From: Phallusia mammillata
Lineage: Eukaryota
Length of the DNA stretch: 64,000 bases
NCBI GenBank assembly: GCA_965637545.1
Contig: OZ281494.1
Location: 30,318,001-30,382,000 of the forward strand
Direction of reading: 5' to 3'
Below the pieces are notes generated by a model. The model was not told the origin of the DNA. It did not search any database and was given only the letters and a program-made list of their open reading frames with translations. The translations under genes and the position numbers were made by a program. Each line of letters begins with the position of its first letter. The first letter of the stretch is position 1. Shown in pieces: positions 1 through 13,554 of the stretch.

Positions 1-732
1 CATTTACAGGAAAAACAGTTGTTACGCAGTGCTTATACTTTGTTTTTCTCTTCTTGCGTTCACAATTTACACTTAAATTCACCAAAAACAAATCGATAGG
101 GTCCGCTTATAAAAATAGTCAATTGTGGCTCCAGCTGCACCCTTTTTGTTTCAACGCTTATTTTACATGTTTACCCGTATGTCACATGTCTTAAAACAAA
201 TAAAATTGATTCATTAGCGTCAGAAAGCAAAACGAAACTGGAGACGATCGGAAAATACCTTTTGCGCAGTGAAAAAATAGATATCTACCATCGGAAGCGT
301 TTGGCTTGCCATTTAAGGTTTCTCAGATTAGTAAAGACCAAGTGTTTTGATCGTCTCGTGAAATGTACGTCTATTACACGTAAGTATATTAAACTTCATA
401 AAAAGTCAGCAAACAATAATCAACCTTTATTTTCCATCGTAACTTATTTTACCAGATAGCTTTTTATACGTCTTTTTTACGACTCTAGAGTAGCGTTTCT
501 TAAACCTAGGCACAAATTGCCTCCAATGAGGATTTTTTCAGGAGAGCACGATTGTAGGGTTTTACTAGTGACACCAACAAACAAACAACAGCAAAATATA
601 TAAGTGAACTTCAACGCTTTTAAGTGCTTAAAATTACTATCTTGGACATTATTTTAGTGGGTCATTGTTGTTTGTAATCTTTTTTATTAGTGAGCGGGGT
701 GCCACCCTCTTAAGGGGGTTCATTTGGCCATA

Positions 733-1073
733 CAGAGTTGTAAGTCGGACGGGGATTTTCGGGCCGGGTTCGGGCTTAGGTTTCTTCGAAAAAAAACGGA
801 CTTGATTCGGGCTTGACTTTACACTCTGTGTGAGTATTTTTTTATATTAATTTAACTGGCTAAGTAGCCAGTTGCTGGACCTGACCTGATGTCAAAACGC
901 CTTGTTCGAGACCAATTATCTGTTGTGTATAGACCTATCAATCAAACTTTCGGGCCTAAACAGGCTACTTAAAAACGATTTGGGTTCGAGCCGGGTTTCG
1001 GGCCTGTACTTTCGGGTTCGGTCCGGGTTCGGGCCGGGTTCGGGCTCCAATGTCAGGCCCGTTTACAACTCTG
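733..1073. mobile_element. MITE-like element with CAGAGTTGTAA terminal inverted repeats and internal TTCGGGC repeats
   Basis: cagagttgtaa at 733 and ttacaactctg ending 1073. Flanks ggccata/ggccacg only partly match. Related sequence at about 45600-45780 and 50335-50600. Confidence 0.55.
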
Positions 1074-1430
1074 GGCCACGAACTATTCACGGCTGAGAAT
1101 CACTATACAGTATATATATTGTAGACCACGTATATGGTTCGAGAGCCAGATTTGGCACTTTAAATGACTGTGACTTTTTTTCTTACAATAAAGAATAAAT
1201 ATTCCTATTGATATTTAATTAAAACATTGAAATGTCTTCCTGTGCATTTTAATCCATACATTATTATAACCTATCTATAATTCTGTTGAATTACAGTTAT
1301 TGGCATTTGAATTTAAAACATTGCACACACTAAACGCCATTTTAAAATAAGTGAGTTTATTGGCATTCTTAGCTACGGGGGCTGAAGACTGTATACCACG
1401 CCTGATAAAACAACTGCCTTTTTTCTTAAG

Positions 1431-2010
1431 CGCTGGTGGAGTCGGTATTGTCGCAGTGGTCATCATTATCCTAAGAGTTCTTTACTGCGCATGTCTTGCA
1501 TGCTCGACACTGGTGACCGAATCAGGTAAGAGTCTTAAGAACCATATGCTCGTATACGTATATGAAGTTAGGCAAACTAGAAAACATGATAAAATGTGTT
1601 GTATTCTTACAGGAACACTCTAAATTAAATCACAAGTTTGTCAGTGCAAAAATTGCCAGAAAAACAACAATGTAGTAACTGTTTAATGCATTACTTTTCA
1701 ACTAAGTTCAAAGCACTATTTTAAATACGAAATTAAGCACTGCTAAAAATGGGATGTAAGTGTTATCGCTAGACTCAGAAGTCCATTTAAAAACTGCTCT
1801 GTAACCAAATAATGGGTCATGGCCCACTGGTTGACCAGCCACTGGTGGCAATCACATGAAAGATATTTAAAAGAAACCCATGTCGTCCAAGGCGTTCAGC
1901 CACAGCCCAAGAACGGACAACGTCCTAGCGGGAAAAACGTCCAGGTTGAAGTGAAAATGGCAAACAGCGGAAAGCAGAGCAAGCAGCTGGTCACCCCCCA
2001 ATGCGTTTAA
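1431..2010 (+). CDS. Last two exons of a putative single-pass membrane protein (TM helix, Cys-rich juxtamembrane segment, polar tail); 5' exons not found
   Basis: Exon 1431-1525 (ttcttaag|...tcag|gtaag) encodes AGGVGIVAVVIIILRVLYCACLACSTLVTES. It joins in phase 1 to exon 1874-2010 (ETHVVQGVQPQPKNGQ...TPQCV*). Confidence 0.4.
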
Positions 2011-4180
2011 AGCAAACGTTTTGCGGTCCCGCGTATTCAAACTGTACAGTTTTTGTGTGTCGTGTTTTGTATTGTTCTTTGTAGACCCGGCATGTTATCA
2101 AAATAATGCATGCATTCATAAACATTTTTTTACCTCAAATACGTTTTTACTTTTTTCAAATTCTAACTCCGAAAATTCATTTTTGGTGTACCAGTTGTAT
2201 ACGGTAAACTTGGACTGTCATCAACCTTCAATGAGAACTTACTTATTTAAAGAAATCTGATTCATTTTACTGGTAACGATTTGGATTCGTGTTACTGGGA
2301 ATATCGTATAATGCATGAAATTCTGACGTGCGCGTTCATGAACTATTTTCCATGGGTCGAACCCAGGATGGCACCAAACACATCTGCGATTCTGTAAAGC
2401 GTTAATCACTGTAAAGCACATTTACAGGAAATCCGAAACCGTTCATACCGAAAGATTTGTCCAAATTAGGTAAAGATCCGGATTAACTGAATCCGGTTTA
2501 AGCCAGGTTTAATGTATTTCCTGGGTTTTTGTATCGAAAATTATAACAACGAATGGCATTGATGTTCAAGACACAAATATGTTAAAATATCATAATTTGT
2601 AACTTATGTGCTAATTAACGTGTACCGGCCCTTGCAAATGTTTTCACATTTATTTTTTGGTTTGGCCAAGCTTTTACGTTTGGATCGTAACATTAATATC
2701 ACCAGAAGCAACTTAAATATAGACACCAAAACCCTTTTGCTATGTAGGTAGGTGGAAATTAACATGCGATGATTTACAAATCCACAGCGACCAAACATTA
2801 ATTTCCCGTCCCAATAATGTTGACTGTGTTAGTTTGTTTGCTTATGTTTAATGTTTGCGTAACTGTGTAAACTTTGGGTGAAAGTTTGTTGCAATTTAAC
2901 TACCACTGGTTGTCACAAAAGTGTTTCCAAGAACTAAATGGCAAACATCCGAGATATCGTTACGTAGAATTACAGTAGTTCGTAAAAACTGGTTTACTGC
3001 GTTCCACGTAGCCAAAATTTTCAGTCAACCGTTTTCTAAAATCACGGCTGGCACATAAAGGGTAACAAACTTTGAATCAGAGTTATGGCATATTGAGTCC
3101 TTTGTTAAAGACTAAGCATACAAAAGGATGGTCCCAAACAAAAGGAAATCAAAATAGACCTATGTTTGTTACAAACAGCATGTGTGTACAAAACTCTCTC
3201 GGTCACATGTCAAAACAAAATGTTGTCAAGGTAATGAGTTAAAGCTAAAATTTCCAAAGACAAAGATATGCTTTAAAACAGTTTCAGCCACATGTGCAAG
3301 CCAAATTGGTTAAACTCTAAATACATTCAACCATGCTACTTACAAAGACTTGTAGGAAATGAATAACCTGAATTCGCCGAACCAATACATAATAAACTTT
3401 GACGGCGCAACGATCGCCTCGTAAAAATATCTCATCTATAGTCGTTCAGATAGCTGTAAATTTTTGTGTGTATTAAATTTTTCATATCTTAGAGGGCTGA
3501 TGATGCCACAAGGGAGGACCACGAAACAATATTTTGACTGGTTTAGCAACGTCAATGCTTTTATTGTCAATCTTATTAGCAGCACAATTGGGAATGTAAC
3601 TTACACACAACAGGCAGACCAATCGAAAACCACCACTGTATACTTTCGTAACACAGGAAATCTACATGCAAAAAGATTTATGAGGAGTTTGTGCTTCAGT
3701 ATGCACAGCGTAATTGTGTCAATATTTTGCACAAAGTACCACGGAATTATATTCACGAAACCAAAGCAAACAAAAAAGCCCCGTGATACCGTCGGAACGA
3801 AAGTCAATTGTGCAGTAAACGTTGTGACAGTCGTGCCAGGCTGGCATGCGGGGCGCATCAAGTTACATGGCCTACGTGTCAGTGTCAATTCAGCTCATAG
3901 GTCTGCATGATGAGTCGTTTCACTTAAACCCTATTTTCTGGTCTTTTTGTGTTCTGCTTGGATGATCGTAAACTAGAAGCATATGATGAGAGTTTGGGAT
4001 AAGATAAAATGAACCTTTCCAACGAAAACTAGATAGACAGTTGAGGGACAGGCAGTAAATGCATTCAAAAAGTTAGCAGTTTGTAGCTTTAAGAAGCTTA
4101 TTTATGTTTAGTGAAGAGAACAAAAAAAGGTTTTCTTTCGGCAGATAATTTTAGGATAAGGAATTTTTATGTCAACAAAA

Positions 4181-6040
4181 ATGCGACTAGTATTCATCTC
4201 AACGTTGCTACTTGTGCTGGCTACATTCGCTTCTGAAGGTAGGACAAGTATTTACATATTGAAAGATACCTTAGGAACTATATTGACGATGGCCAAAGTT
4301 ACGATAAAAAGAATTTCGTCATTATCGAATAAGTCAGCCTTATCTTCACTCTTCGTGGAACTAAATTGTACTTCCAATAAACTCGAGTGCCGCTAGACGG
4401 CTATAGCCTACTAGACAATACGGCTTATGTCTTGTCACCAGCTGCACTAATAAGACCTTATAGGTCGAAGCACTATGCGCTGTTACTTGTCATTTATTGG
4501 CTAGATGCTTTCACAAAACCCCATGGTTACATAAACTACTCCATTCGACATCATATTCTTACGATGACTTCAAAGCATCTATATGGCCTGAACCTATATA
4601 GCTACTAACAATATAGACTATGATTTTAGGCTTGAAAAGCGTTTGGTTAAACTTAGTTATTCAATAATTATATGTTTGTTAAAGCGAATGGCAGGCTGAT
4701 CAGTGAAAATGACGAGCTCGTGTTGGTCCAACCACAAGATGTTTTCGATAAACCGGAACTTATAGCAAACGAGAAACAAAAAAGCTCCGAAAAATCTAAG
4801 GACTGCAATGGTCATCATGACGGTGATGATGATCACGACGATGATCGTGATTTACATGATCACAAAGATTGTGATAACGACGACGACGATGATGATCATG
4901 ATGACGCTGACACATCAGGTATAATAAAAATGTTTTAGACTTGGCTGATTGACAAGTTACAGCAAATTTTACGTTATAAACAACGTGAGTAAAACCGATT
5001 TCGTCAAATACGGTGACATTTCTACTGAAAAGGGCAAAACGTTTTTTTTTGTTTTTTTGAATAATTTAAAGGTACGGATATGACTATGCATCGCCGACAA
5101 AGGACCCTATAAACTATTTGATGTTTTGTTTTACAGAGGCACCACATGCTGAAAAGGACGATGATTTGGAGTAAGTAAAAAAGTTTGTCTATAAAAATGT
5201 GAACTTAACACATTTTTGTACAGCAACAACCAGTGAACCTAACAACAAGGCATAAAAGGTCACATTTCGAAAACCAGTTTCCTTCTTATAGTGCTACAGC
5301 CCTTAAACAAGTACAATCTTTTGGTTCCACTAAAATTTAGTGGTGACCAAAATTTAGTGGTTTAGTGACTAAACGATTAAACCATATTCCTTAAAGATTA
5401 AAGTGGAGTCAAAAAACTGCCTTGATTTACACCAATATGGTACGTCAATCATAAAACCAGTTAAACATCTCATATCGCAAACTGACAATTAACCCGAACA
5501 AAATTTTCAGGGTTGGTGTGATTGTTGGAATTGTGGCAGCATGTCTTGTTGCCGTAATTGTTGTCATTATCAGTCTGGTTTTATGCTGTAAGAAATCTTC
5601 ACCAAAAGCTGCAACTGCGCCAGTTATGAAAACTGTTTACGCAGCAGGTAAAACATCCATTTATTCAATCCACTCCGCTATTTGTTTGTTTTTTTGAATA
5701 AAATTGTTCGTCTGATCTGTTTTTGTACTTGGCAAACGTAAAGTACTACAAAAAGGTCATATTTTTTTCAAAAAACTAAATTTTGTAAGGCTTTTTTTTA
5801 ATTGAAAGTGTAATAGTAACTTGCGAAATAAAAAAAAGAATAAAATCTCTTCAGAAAAAGTTTTTTCATGACCTCTTGGTGCTTTTAAAGCAGCGAAACT
5901 TCAATTTAAACATTTGTTCACCAGACCCGCCACAAATAAACCAGGCAACCCTTCCAGGAAACTACAACGACAACCCTCCACCGTACAGTCCAGAATCGAT
6001 GTCAAATGAAAAGCAACCGCCTCCCTACGCCAGTATTTGA
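4181..6040 (+). CDS. Asp/His-rich type I membrane protein with two PPxY motifs, copy 1 (5 exons)
   Basis: Exons 4181-4238 (signal peptide MRLVFISTLLLVLATFASE), 4685-4918 (short D/H tract), 5137-5170, 5511-5647 (TM VGVIVGIVAACLVAVIVVIISLVLCC) and 5925-6040 (NPPPY...QPPPYASI*). All junctions are GT-AG and phase-compatible. Confidence 0.85.
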
Positions 6041-8029
6041 TACGCATGCGACCAAGTGTGTTAGTTCGTATTTAAATTTTGTTTCTTCGCTTTGTGTATT
6101 TTAATTTTTTGTGCTTTCAATGCGATCACGTTGCATGTAACTTTTTGTAAAAATGTTTTTCCTGTTTGATCTTACTTATGGGGTTTCCAAAGTTTTTTAA
6201 CGGCAAACTTGCTGATTTATTGTTTCGTGTAAGACCAGTTTTTTATTGAACAAAATGATTTTACACGTACATATACTATATTTTTGTAACATTTGACAAA
6301 CCATATTTTTTGACATTATTAGTTTAAATTCAGGACAGAGTAAGACCTGGATGGGCAGAATTCAATCCTTTGGCCGTGGCTTGAAATCTCCGGTATACTT
6401 AATTGGAACATAGTCCACCAAAGTTAAAACTATTTTGTAAAAGTTATAAATATATTACTACAAAATAAAAATGCAACACATCGGTACTTATTTTGTATAA
6501 TAGAAGATTGAATTAGTATGATATTTTACACTTGGGCTATTTTTATTGCCTAATTAACAAATTCACAAATGGAGGTACGTTGAAGCAAACAGAAAATGCG
6601 TTTTCCTTCTTCGGTCGCGACTAAAAGGAATGAAATTGTAAAGCTGGCATAGTCGCTCTTGCCAAACCTCGTTGTCAATCATTGCTAAAAGCAAAATCAG
6701 CTGAGTCATTATTTACCTTGTGTGGCTAAACTTGTCCAGTCAACATAATCTTTACGGTAAACGCATATACAAAGTCGAAGCATGCCCTTAATCACGAATC
6801 ACCCAACTTTTTTGCCGCGGTGTTACTAGGCTTAGTTCGGATGTCAATAATTTCCACTATCCGGATAACGGATATTTTAAATTTAGCTTTTCGGGTAACC
6901 GGATACTAACGAGTGTATTAGAACATCATATAACTGTGGCAGAGATTTCAGTTTAGTGTTTATAATTGTACAGCACATAACAAGTATACGCAACATTTAC
7001 TGCTTCTGCAGTGGATGTGTAAAGCACGATACGTCGTTTCACATTTTGGCGAAAAAGGCCCTTCACAGAGTTTATGCCTTCGAAACGTATGAAGTCCATT
7101 TCAGAATCTTTGAATTTATCTTTTCGAGTGAATTACTTTAGAAAACTGATATTACAAGTTATCGCAATTTGCATGCAATTTATTATCTATTTGGTATTTA
7201 TAGCGTCATATTATTTCAATTCTCTCGTGGATTTTACATGCAGTAGGCATGACGCAGTACAAAGTAAATATATTGTTGATTTAAAATAAATAGGAAGTGA
7301 TTCGCTACATCTCTCACTACATTTACTTCGTTGTTTTCCAAATTGGTGTAAAAATAGATATAACTCTTAGACAGTGTTATTATTTTGTTATCCGGTTAAC
7401 CGACCAAAAAATACCCAGGTATCGAATAGCAAAAACCTCTTCGGTTAATCGGTTAACCGGTTATCCGGATAATTCAACCCTAGGTGTTACCTTCTACTAA
7501 TCCAGGGGTGCCCAACCTGCGGACGTGAAACAAATAGAGCTAGTCAGCAATTTGCTAAGTGTGGCAATTATTGTCATCGTAAACGCCTATGCTCCGTTGC
7601 GCCACCTATCCGAAATTCCCAAAACGGCGTGTTGTGAGTTCCTGTGTTAGTAGCTCTACCCGTGAAAGGCGAGGGCCCCGGTTGAGAACCACTGGTTTGG
7701 CCTATTCTGAGTAAACAATGCGAAAAAACAGGCATCACAAGCGTCACAGTATATAAATGACGTAATAAACAGAAATTAAGACTGATTAGCTCGATCTGCA
7801 AATTAGGTAGAGATAGATGTAGGCTTTTCAGACGCCGTAAAATTGTACCTATACAATTAATATAAACCTATGTTGAAACGAGAACAAGTAGACATTACCG
7901 GCCGCTGGTAAAATCAGGATCTTCGATGTGGCCGCCATAACGAAACGGTTGTACATACAATAAAACCCCATCAGTGCCGCTCTGGTTGTTTTATAAATAC
8001 GATATTTAAGACAAATTTCAAACAAATAT

Positions 8030-8975
8030 GCATACACGACAATTGCTGATGGTACCTAAAAACGAATGGAAGGTATTCACTTGGCACAGATATGCAACTA
8101 TCACGCAATCAAAACAAGTGGTCTTACATTACCATGCAACAATTTCACACACAGTTTTGGGACATGTGAAAATATACGAAATATAGACACTGATGTGCCT
8201 TGAAAAGTTCGGCTGAACAGGGAATTTCACGTGACCAAAACAATGAAACAGTCTCGTGACCGGGCTGGAAATAGAAACACGCATTAAGTTACGCTCGCTT
8301 CGCGTCAGTGCACCAGCTATCGCTTCGTGTCAGTGTACCAGCAAACCATTTTTATTCTGGTTTTTTTTTATGTGTTTTTTTAAGTTCAGTCTATTAAGTT
8401 TAACATCCATTTTCTCGTATGTGATGACAATTCAATACACGACAATTGCTAATGGTGCCTAAAAACGAAGCACATGTTGTTACATCACCTTGCAACAATT
8501 TCACACACAGTTTTGGGCTTAAGTGAAAATATGCGAAAAATCGACACCGATGTGCCTTGAAAAAGTCGGCTGAACAGGGAATTTCACGTGACCAAAACAA
8601 TGAAACAGTCTCGTGACCGGGCTGGAAATAGAAACACGCATTAAGTTACGCTCGCTTCGCGTCAGTGCACCAGCTATCGCTTCGTGTCAGTGTACTAGCA
8701 AACCATTTTTATTCTGGTTTTTTTTATGTGGTTTTTTAAGTTCAGTCTATTAAGTTTAACATCCATTTTCTCGTATGTGATGACAATTCAATACACGACA
8801 ATTGCTAATGGTGCCTAAAAACGAAGCACATGTTGTTACATCACCTTGCAACAATTTCACACACAGTTTTGGGCTTAAGTGAAAATATGCGAAAAATCGA
8901 CACCGATGTGCCTTGAAAAGGTCGGCTGAACAGGGAATTTCACGTAACCAAGGCAATGAAACAGTCTCGTGACCG
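8030..8975. repeat. Local tandem duplication of a 356-400 bp unit (about 2.5 copies) between the duplicated membrane genes
   Basis: tacacgacaattgct(g/a)atggt recurs at about 8032, 8435 and 8791. 8433-8788 is nearly identical to the unit that follows. A homologous stretch lies at about 13897-14045. Confidence 0.85.
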
Positions 8976-9646
8976 GCTCTGAAAAAAGCAAATGTTCAGT
9001 AAACGTCGTGGCAGTCTACGCGTATTAAGTTACGTTCTCTACGTGTCAGTGTACCTGTTGTTGCTTTTCGTAAAAATTTTAAAAGCCAGAAACAAACACT
9101 ATGCGATTAGGCATTGACTTTGTCAGGCTGTTCTGCTTAGGTAAAACTAGCAACCGAAACTCATAAGCACTTGCAGGGAGTTTATCATAAGACAAGCCTT
9201 ACTAACGGATACCAAGTAGATAGCTTAGTCAGCGGATTAAATCACAAAAGATTTTTAGTGGCAAAAACTTGAATGCTTACAATTTGAAATGTTAAAATTT
9301 GTGCATGGTGTATGATATTCTGCGAATTGAACTTGGTCTTCAAGTCGGCCTGGTAAATAATAAACTTGTCAGGTGCTTTTTGAAGTTTAGTCTATTAAGT
9401 TTAACACCCATTTTTACGCACATTTGAAAAACATCATTACATTAAAACGTATCTAACACCTTAAAGCATTTGAAAGGAAATCAATGATCCACATAAAAAC
9501 AACCATGAATCTCATACAAAACTCAGTTAAACTTCACCACTTTGTAGCCTTGAGAAGTTTGGGTATGTCTGGTGCAGAAAAACAAAACAAAAAAGTCTTT
9601 CTTTCCGCAGATAATTTTGAGTAACTTTGATGTCGAAAAATTTAAA

Positions 9647-12339
9647 ATGCGACTTGTTTTCATCTTAACTTTACTACTTGTGCTGGTTACATGTGCTTAT
9701 GAAGGTAAGACAAAGGTATTTACAAGTTTAAATGATCGCATGGCAACTTTACTCACAAAGTTTCGTTAAAAAAGAAGTTCTAGAAAAAAAGCAAGGGTTT
9801 GTCGTTGTCCAGTATAACAGTATTCATGGAACTAGACTGTAAACAACTCAGTATTAAAAGTTTGGTTCGTGGATACTTCAAACCAGGGCGAACTGTTAAA
9901 AACGCTGGGGCACTATAAAGGGAAAACCACACCGTTACAGAATTACTCTATCCGGGTTCATTTACAATGAATTTAAAACCTCTATACTCGATCGTCTGTA
10001 GGGCCTGAATCTCGCATCACACTATGATGTTAAGCCAATGTTTCTACGGTAACTTTGCCGCCTGTGTACAATTTGTTTTTTGAAAGATTTACTGTGTAAA
10101 CATGGGTTATAAAACGTTTAGTGCAATGTCCTAATATATTTGTTTGTTAAAGCGAATGGAAGGGTGATCAGTCAAAATGACGAGCTCACGTTGATCGAAC
10201 CACAAGATCTTTTTGATAAACCGGAGCTAACAGATAAAGAACATGATGACGATGACGTCCATGATGTCGGCGACGATCATGATCATGATGACGACGACGA
10301 TCATGATGTCGACGACGATGATGATCATGATGACGACGACGATCATGATCATGGTGAAGACGATAATGATCATGATGACGACGACGATCATGATCATGAT
10401 GAAGACAACGATCATGATGTCGACGATAATGATCATGGTGACAACGACGATAATGAACATGATGAAGACGACGATCATGATGTCGACGACGATGATGATC
10501 ATGATGAAGACAACGATCATGATGTCGACGATAATGATCATGATGTCGACGATAATGAACATGATGACGACGACGATAATGAACATGATGACGACGATAA
10601 TGATCATGGTGACGACGACGATAATGAACATGATGACGACGACGATGATGATCATGATGAAGACAACGATCATGATGTCGACGATAATGATCATGGTGAC
10701 GACGACGATAATGAACATGATGACGACGACGATCATGATGTCGACGACGATGATGATCATGATGAAGACAACGATCATGGTGACGACGACGATAATGATC
10801 ATGGTGACGACGACGATAATGAACATGATGACGACGACGATCATGATGTCGACGACGACCATAAAGATCATGGTGACGACGACGATAAAGATCATGATGA
10901 CGTCAACGATAATGATGACGACGAAGATCATGATCATGGTGAATACGATGATGATCAAGATGACGACGACGATCATGATCATGGTGAAGACGATAATGAT
11001 CATGATGACGACAGCGATAATGATCATGACGACGACGACGATCATGATCATGACGACGACGATCATGATCACGATGACGACGATAATCATGATGACGGCG
11101 ATGATCATGATGACGAAGACGCATCAGGTATAATAAAAAATGTTTTACACTTGGCCGATTGACAAATTATAGCAAATGTTACGTAATACGCACTATGAAT
11201 AAAACCGATTTCGTCAATCACGGTGACTACTGAAAAGGGCAAAACACTGTAATTTAAAAGTTAGGGATTTGACCATGCATCAGAAACTAAGGTCCCTAAA
11301 ATCTGTTTGATGTTTTGTTTTACAGAGACACCACATGCTAAAAAGGACAATGATTTGGAGTAAGTAACAGACTTTGTCCATAAAAACGTGAACTTAACAC
11401 ATTTTTGTACAGCAACAACCAGTGAACTTAACTACAAGACATAAAAGTTTACATTTCGAAAACCAGCTTCCTTTTGAATGATACAGCCCTATAACAGTTG
11501 CAATCCTTGCAAATATCCTAGGAGTCAAAAAACAGCTTTGATTTACACTCATATGATATATCATTAGACCAGTCAAATATCTCATATCGCAAACTGACAA
11601 TTAACCCGAACACAATTTTCAGGGTTGGTGTGATCGTCGGAATTGTGGCAGCATGTCTTGTTACCGTAATTGTTGTCGTTATCAGTCTGGTTTTATGCTG
11701 TAAGAAATCTTCACCAAAAGCTGCAAGTGCGCCAGTTATGAAAACTGTTTACGTAGCAGGTAAAACAGTTATTGATATAATCTATGCTGTTCATTCAATT
11801 GACATGAAATTGATCAATTTCTTTGTTTTTGTACTTAGCAGACGTATCACAGAATAGGTCATATATGTTTAAGAAAAAACTAAATGAGTTTTTTTCTGGT
11901 CCAAAAATTTGAGACCGTAAAAAGTGCGATTGTAGCTGGAAAAAACAAAATTTAGATAAAATTGTTTTAATAAAAGGTACTCCTACACTGCGTTATTTCT
12001 ATCGCCTTTTTTGTGTGTGTTTCGCCGCCCTTTTCGCTTTATAATAACTTGTGTTTGCAATGTATGTCATTACCCTGATGAAGGTGTTTCGTATGGGACA
12101 TCGAAACGTTGGCATATTACAATAAAAAACTGCCGGAAGAGCTAAAAATTCTGTTAGTACTCCTACACGTTTTGGTTCTTTTAAATCAGCGAAAATTTAA
12201 CTTAAACAATTCTTCATCAGCAGATCGACCACACACTAACCAGACACCCCTTCCAGGAAACTATAACGAGAGCCCTCCGCCGTACAGTCCAGAATGGCTG
12301 TCCAATGAAAAGCAACCGCCTTCCTACACCAGTATTTGA
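9647..12339 (+). CDS. Asp/His-rich type I membrane protein with PPPY/PPSY motifs, copy 2 (5 exons, expanded repeat)
   Basis: Exons 9647-9704 (signal peptide), 10153-11127 (975 nt, Asp/His/Asn repeat), 11326-11359, 11623-11759 (TM) and 12224-12339 (SPPPY...QPPSYTSI*). Same exon phases and homologous introns as copy 1. Confidence 0.88.
10240..11120 (+). repeat. Coding minisatellite (GAT/GAC/CAT-rich) encoding DDDDH, DNEH and DHDV units
   Basis: Directly visible in ORF 10140..11162; the frame stays open across about 880 bp. Confidence 0.95.
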
Positions 12340-12722
12340 TGCGACCAACTGTGTTAGTTCGTATTTGAAATGTTCTGTTTTTTTTCATTTTGTATTCCAA
12401 TTTAGTGCTTATCAAATGCAATCACGTTGCATGCAACTTTTGTAAAAATGTTTTTTTTTTCTGTTTGAGCTTTACTTAAGGGGTTTTCAAAGTTTTTTTA
12501 ACGGCCACCTTGCTGATGTAAGCTTATTGTTTTGTGACTGAGGTGTGGAAGAATATTTTTTGTTGAACAAAATGATTATACATGTACATGCATCAAATCT
12601 CTGTTTTTTGTTGATTATATAAATCAATCAGCATAATATTTTACACTTGGCGCTATTTTTATTGCAAATTCACTTGACCAGCTAGCACTAGTTTGGTCAA
12701 TTATTGTTATAAATGGAGGTAC

Positions 12723-13554
12723 TGTAGCGGCCTCTCTCACTTCCGTTATCGTGTGCCTTTATACTACAGCGAACCGGACAGATTGCCTTCTTTCTTTGAC
12801 TCTCGTCTTATGCGGCGTATTCGCTCATTGTGTTATTCTATTACGATGTACCTCGAATAAACACCTCGCTACATTTGGTGACCCCAAGCGTGCAAAAACG
12901 TTATTTTTGCATTATGACAGAAGCCACTAACTCAGAGAATGCTGTAGCAGTTAAGTTACCTACGTTTTGGACAGCTCAGCCACCAGTTTGGTTTCAGCAA
13001 GTGGAGGCACAGTTCGCTCTAAAAAGCATTACAGGAGATCTAACAAAGTACTATTATGTCGTCTCGGCTCTGGATCAGGACACAGCAAATCGTCTTATAG
13101 ACCTGCTAAAAAGCCCTCCAGACGCAGACAAATACGAGGCAATCAAGACACGTTTGGCAGAAACCTTTTGTCTTTCGCGCCCACAGAGGGCCAAGCGGTT
13201 GCTTCACCTGCCTCCTTTGGGCGACAGAATGCCATCCGCTTTAATGGATGACATGCTTGCATTACTTGGCGATGCAAAGGACTGTTTTTTTTCAAACAGC
13301 TGTTTTTGAAGCGATTGCCTGAGTACATCCGCACACGCCTGAGCGGAGAGGAAATTAGCGATCCGCGGCTCTTGGCCCACAAAGCTGATGCGATATGGTC
13401 AGGGAATCAGACGCCTACGGAACTCGCACTGTCCATCGTTCGGCCCAATGCGATTTCTCCCAACCAGCATAAAAAACGAGGGAGGAAGTCTCGATAAACT
13501 TCACCACAGGCAATGTCTGACTCAAAGTGCCTCTGCTTTTATCATCGTCGTTTC
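12723..13554 (+). mobile_element. Truncated Ty3/gypsy LTR retrotransposon: 151-bp 5' LTR, tRNA-Trp-type PBS and pseudogenized gag
   Basis: LTR 12723-12873 is bounded by TGTAGCG...CGCTACA, with AATAAA at 12856. PBS TGGTGACCCC at 12876. gag starts at ATG 12914 (VKLPTFW...PPVWFQQVEAQF...TKYYYVVSALD), frameshifts in the T8 run near 13285, has an in-frame TAA at 13495 and ends at CFYHRRF. Absent from the paralogous site at about 6570-6600. Confidence 0.85.

Noticed and set aside
3464-3910. 148-aa plus-strand ORF and overlapping minus-strand ORF
   Set aside because: No recognisable motif, no convincing exon boundaries, and no counterpart upstream of the paralogous gene.
5224-5258. Conserved exon-like segment (cag|caacaaccagtgaac...aaag|gt) in both membrane genes, also near 11411
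   Set aside because: In the required phase it gives an immediate TGA, and exons 3 and 4 join correctly without it.
10227-11133. Long ORFs rich in Met/Ile/Thr/Val (10227..11108 minus, 10243..11133 plus, 10903..11124 minus)
   Set aside because: Alternative-frame and antisense shadows of the GAT/GAC/CAT repeat; only the Asp/His frame is spliced in phase with the flanking exons.
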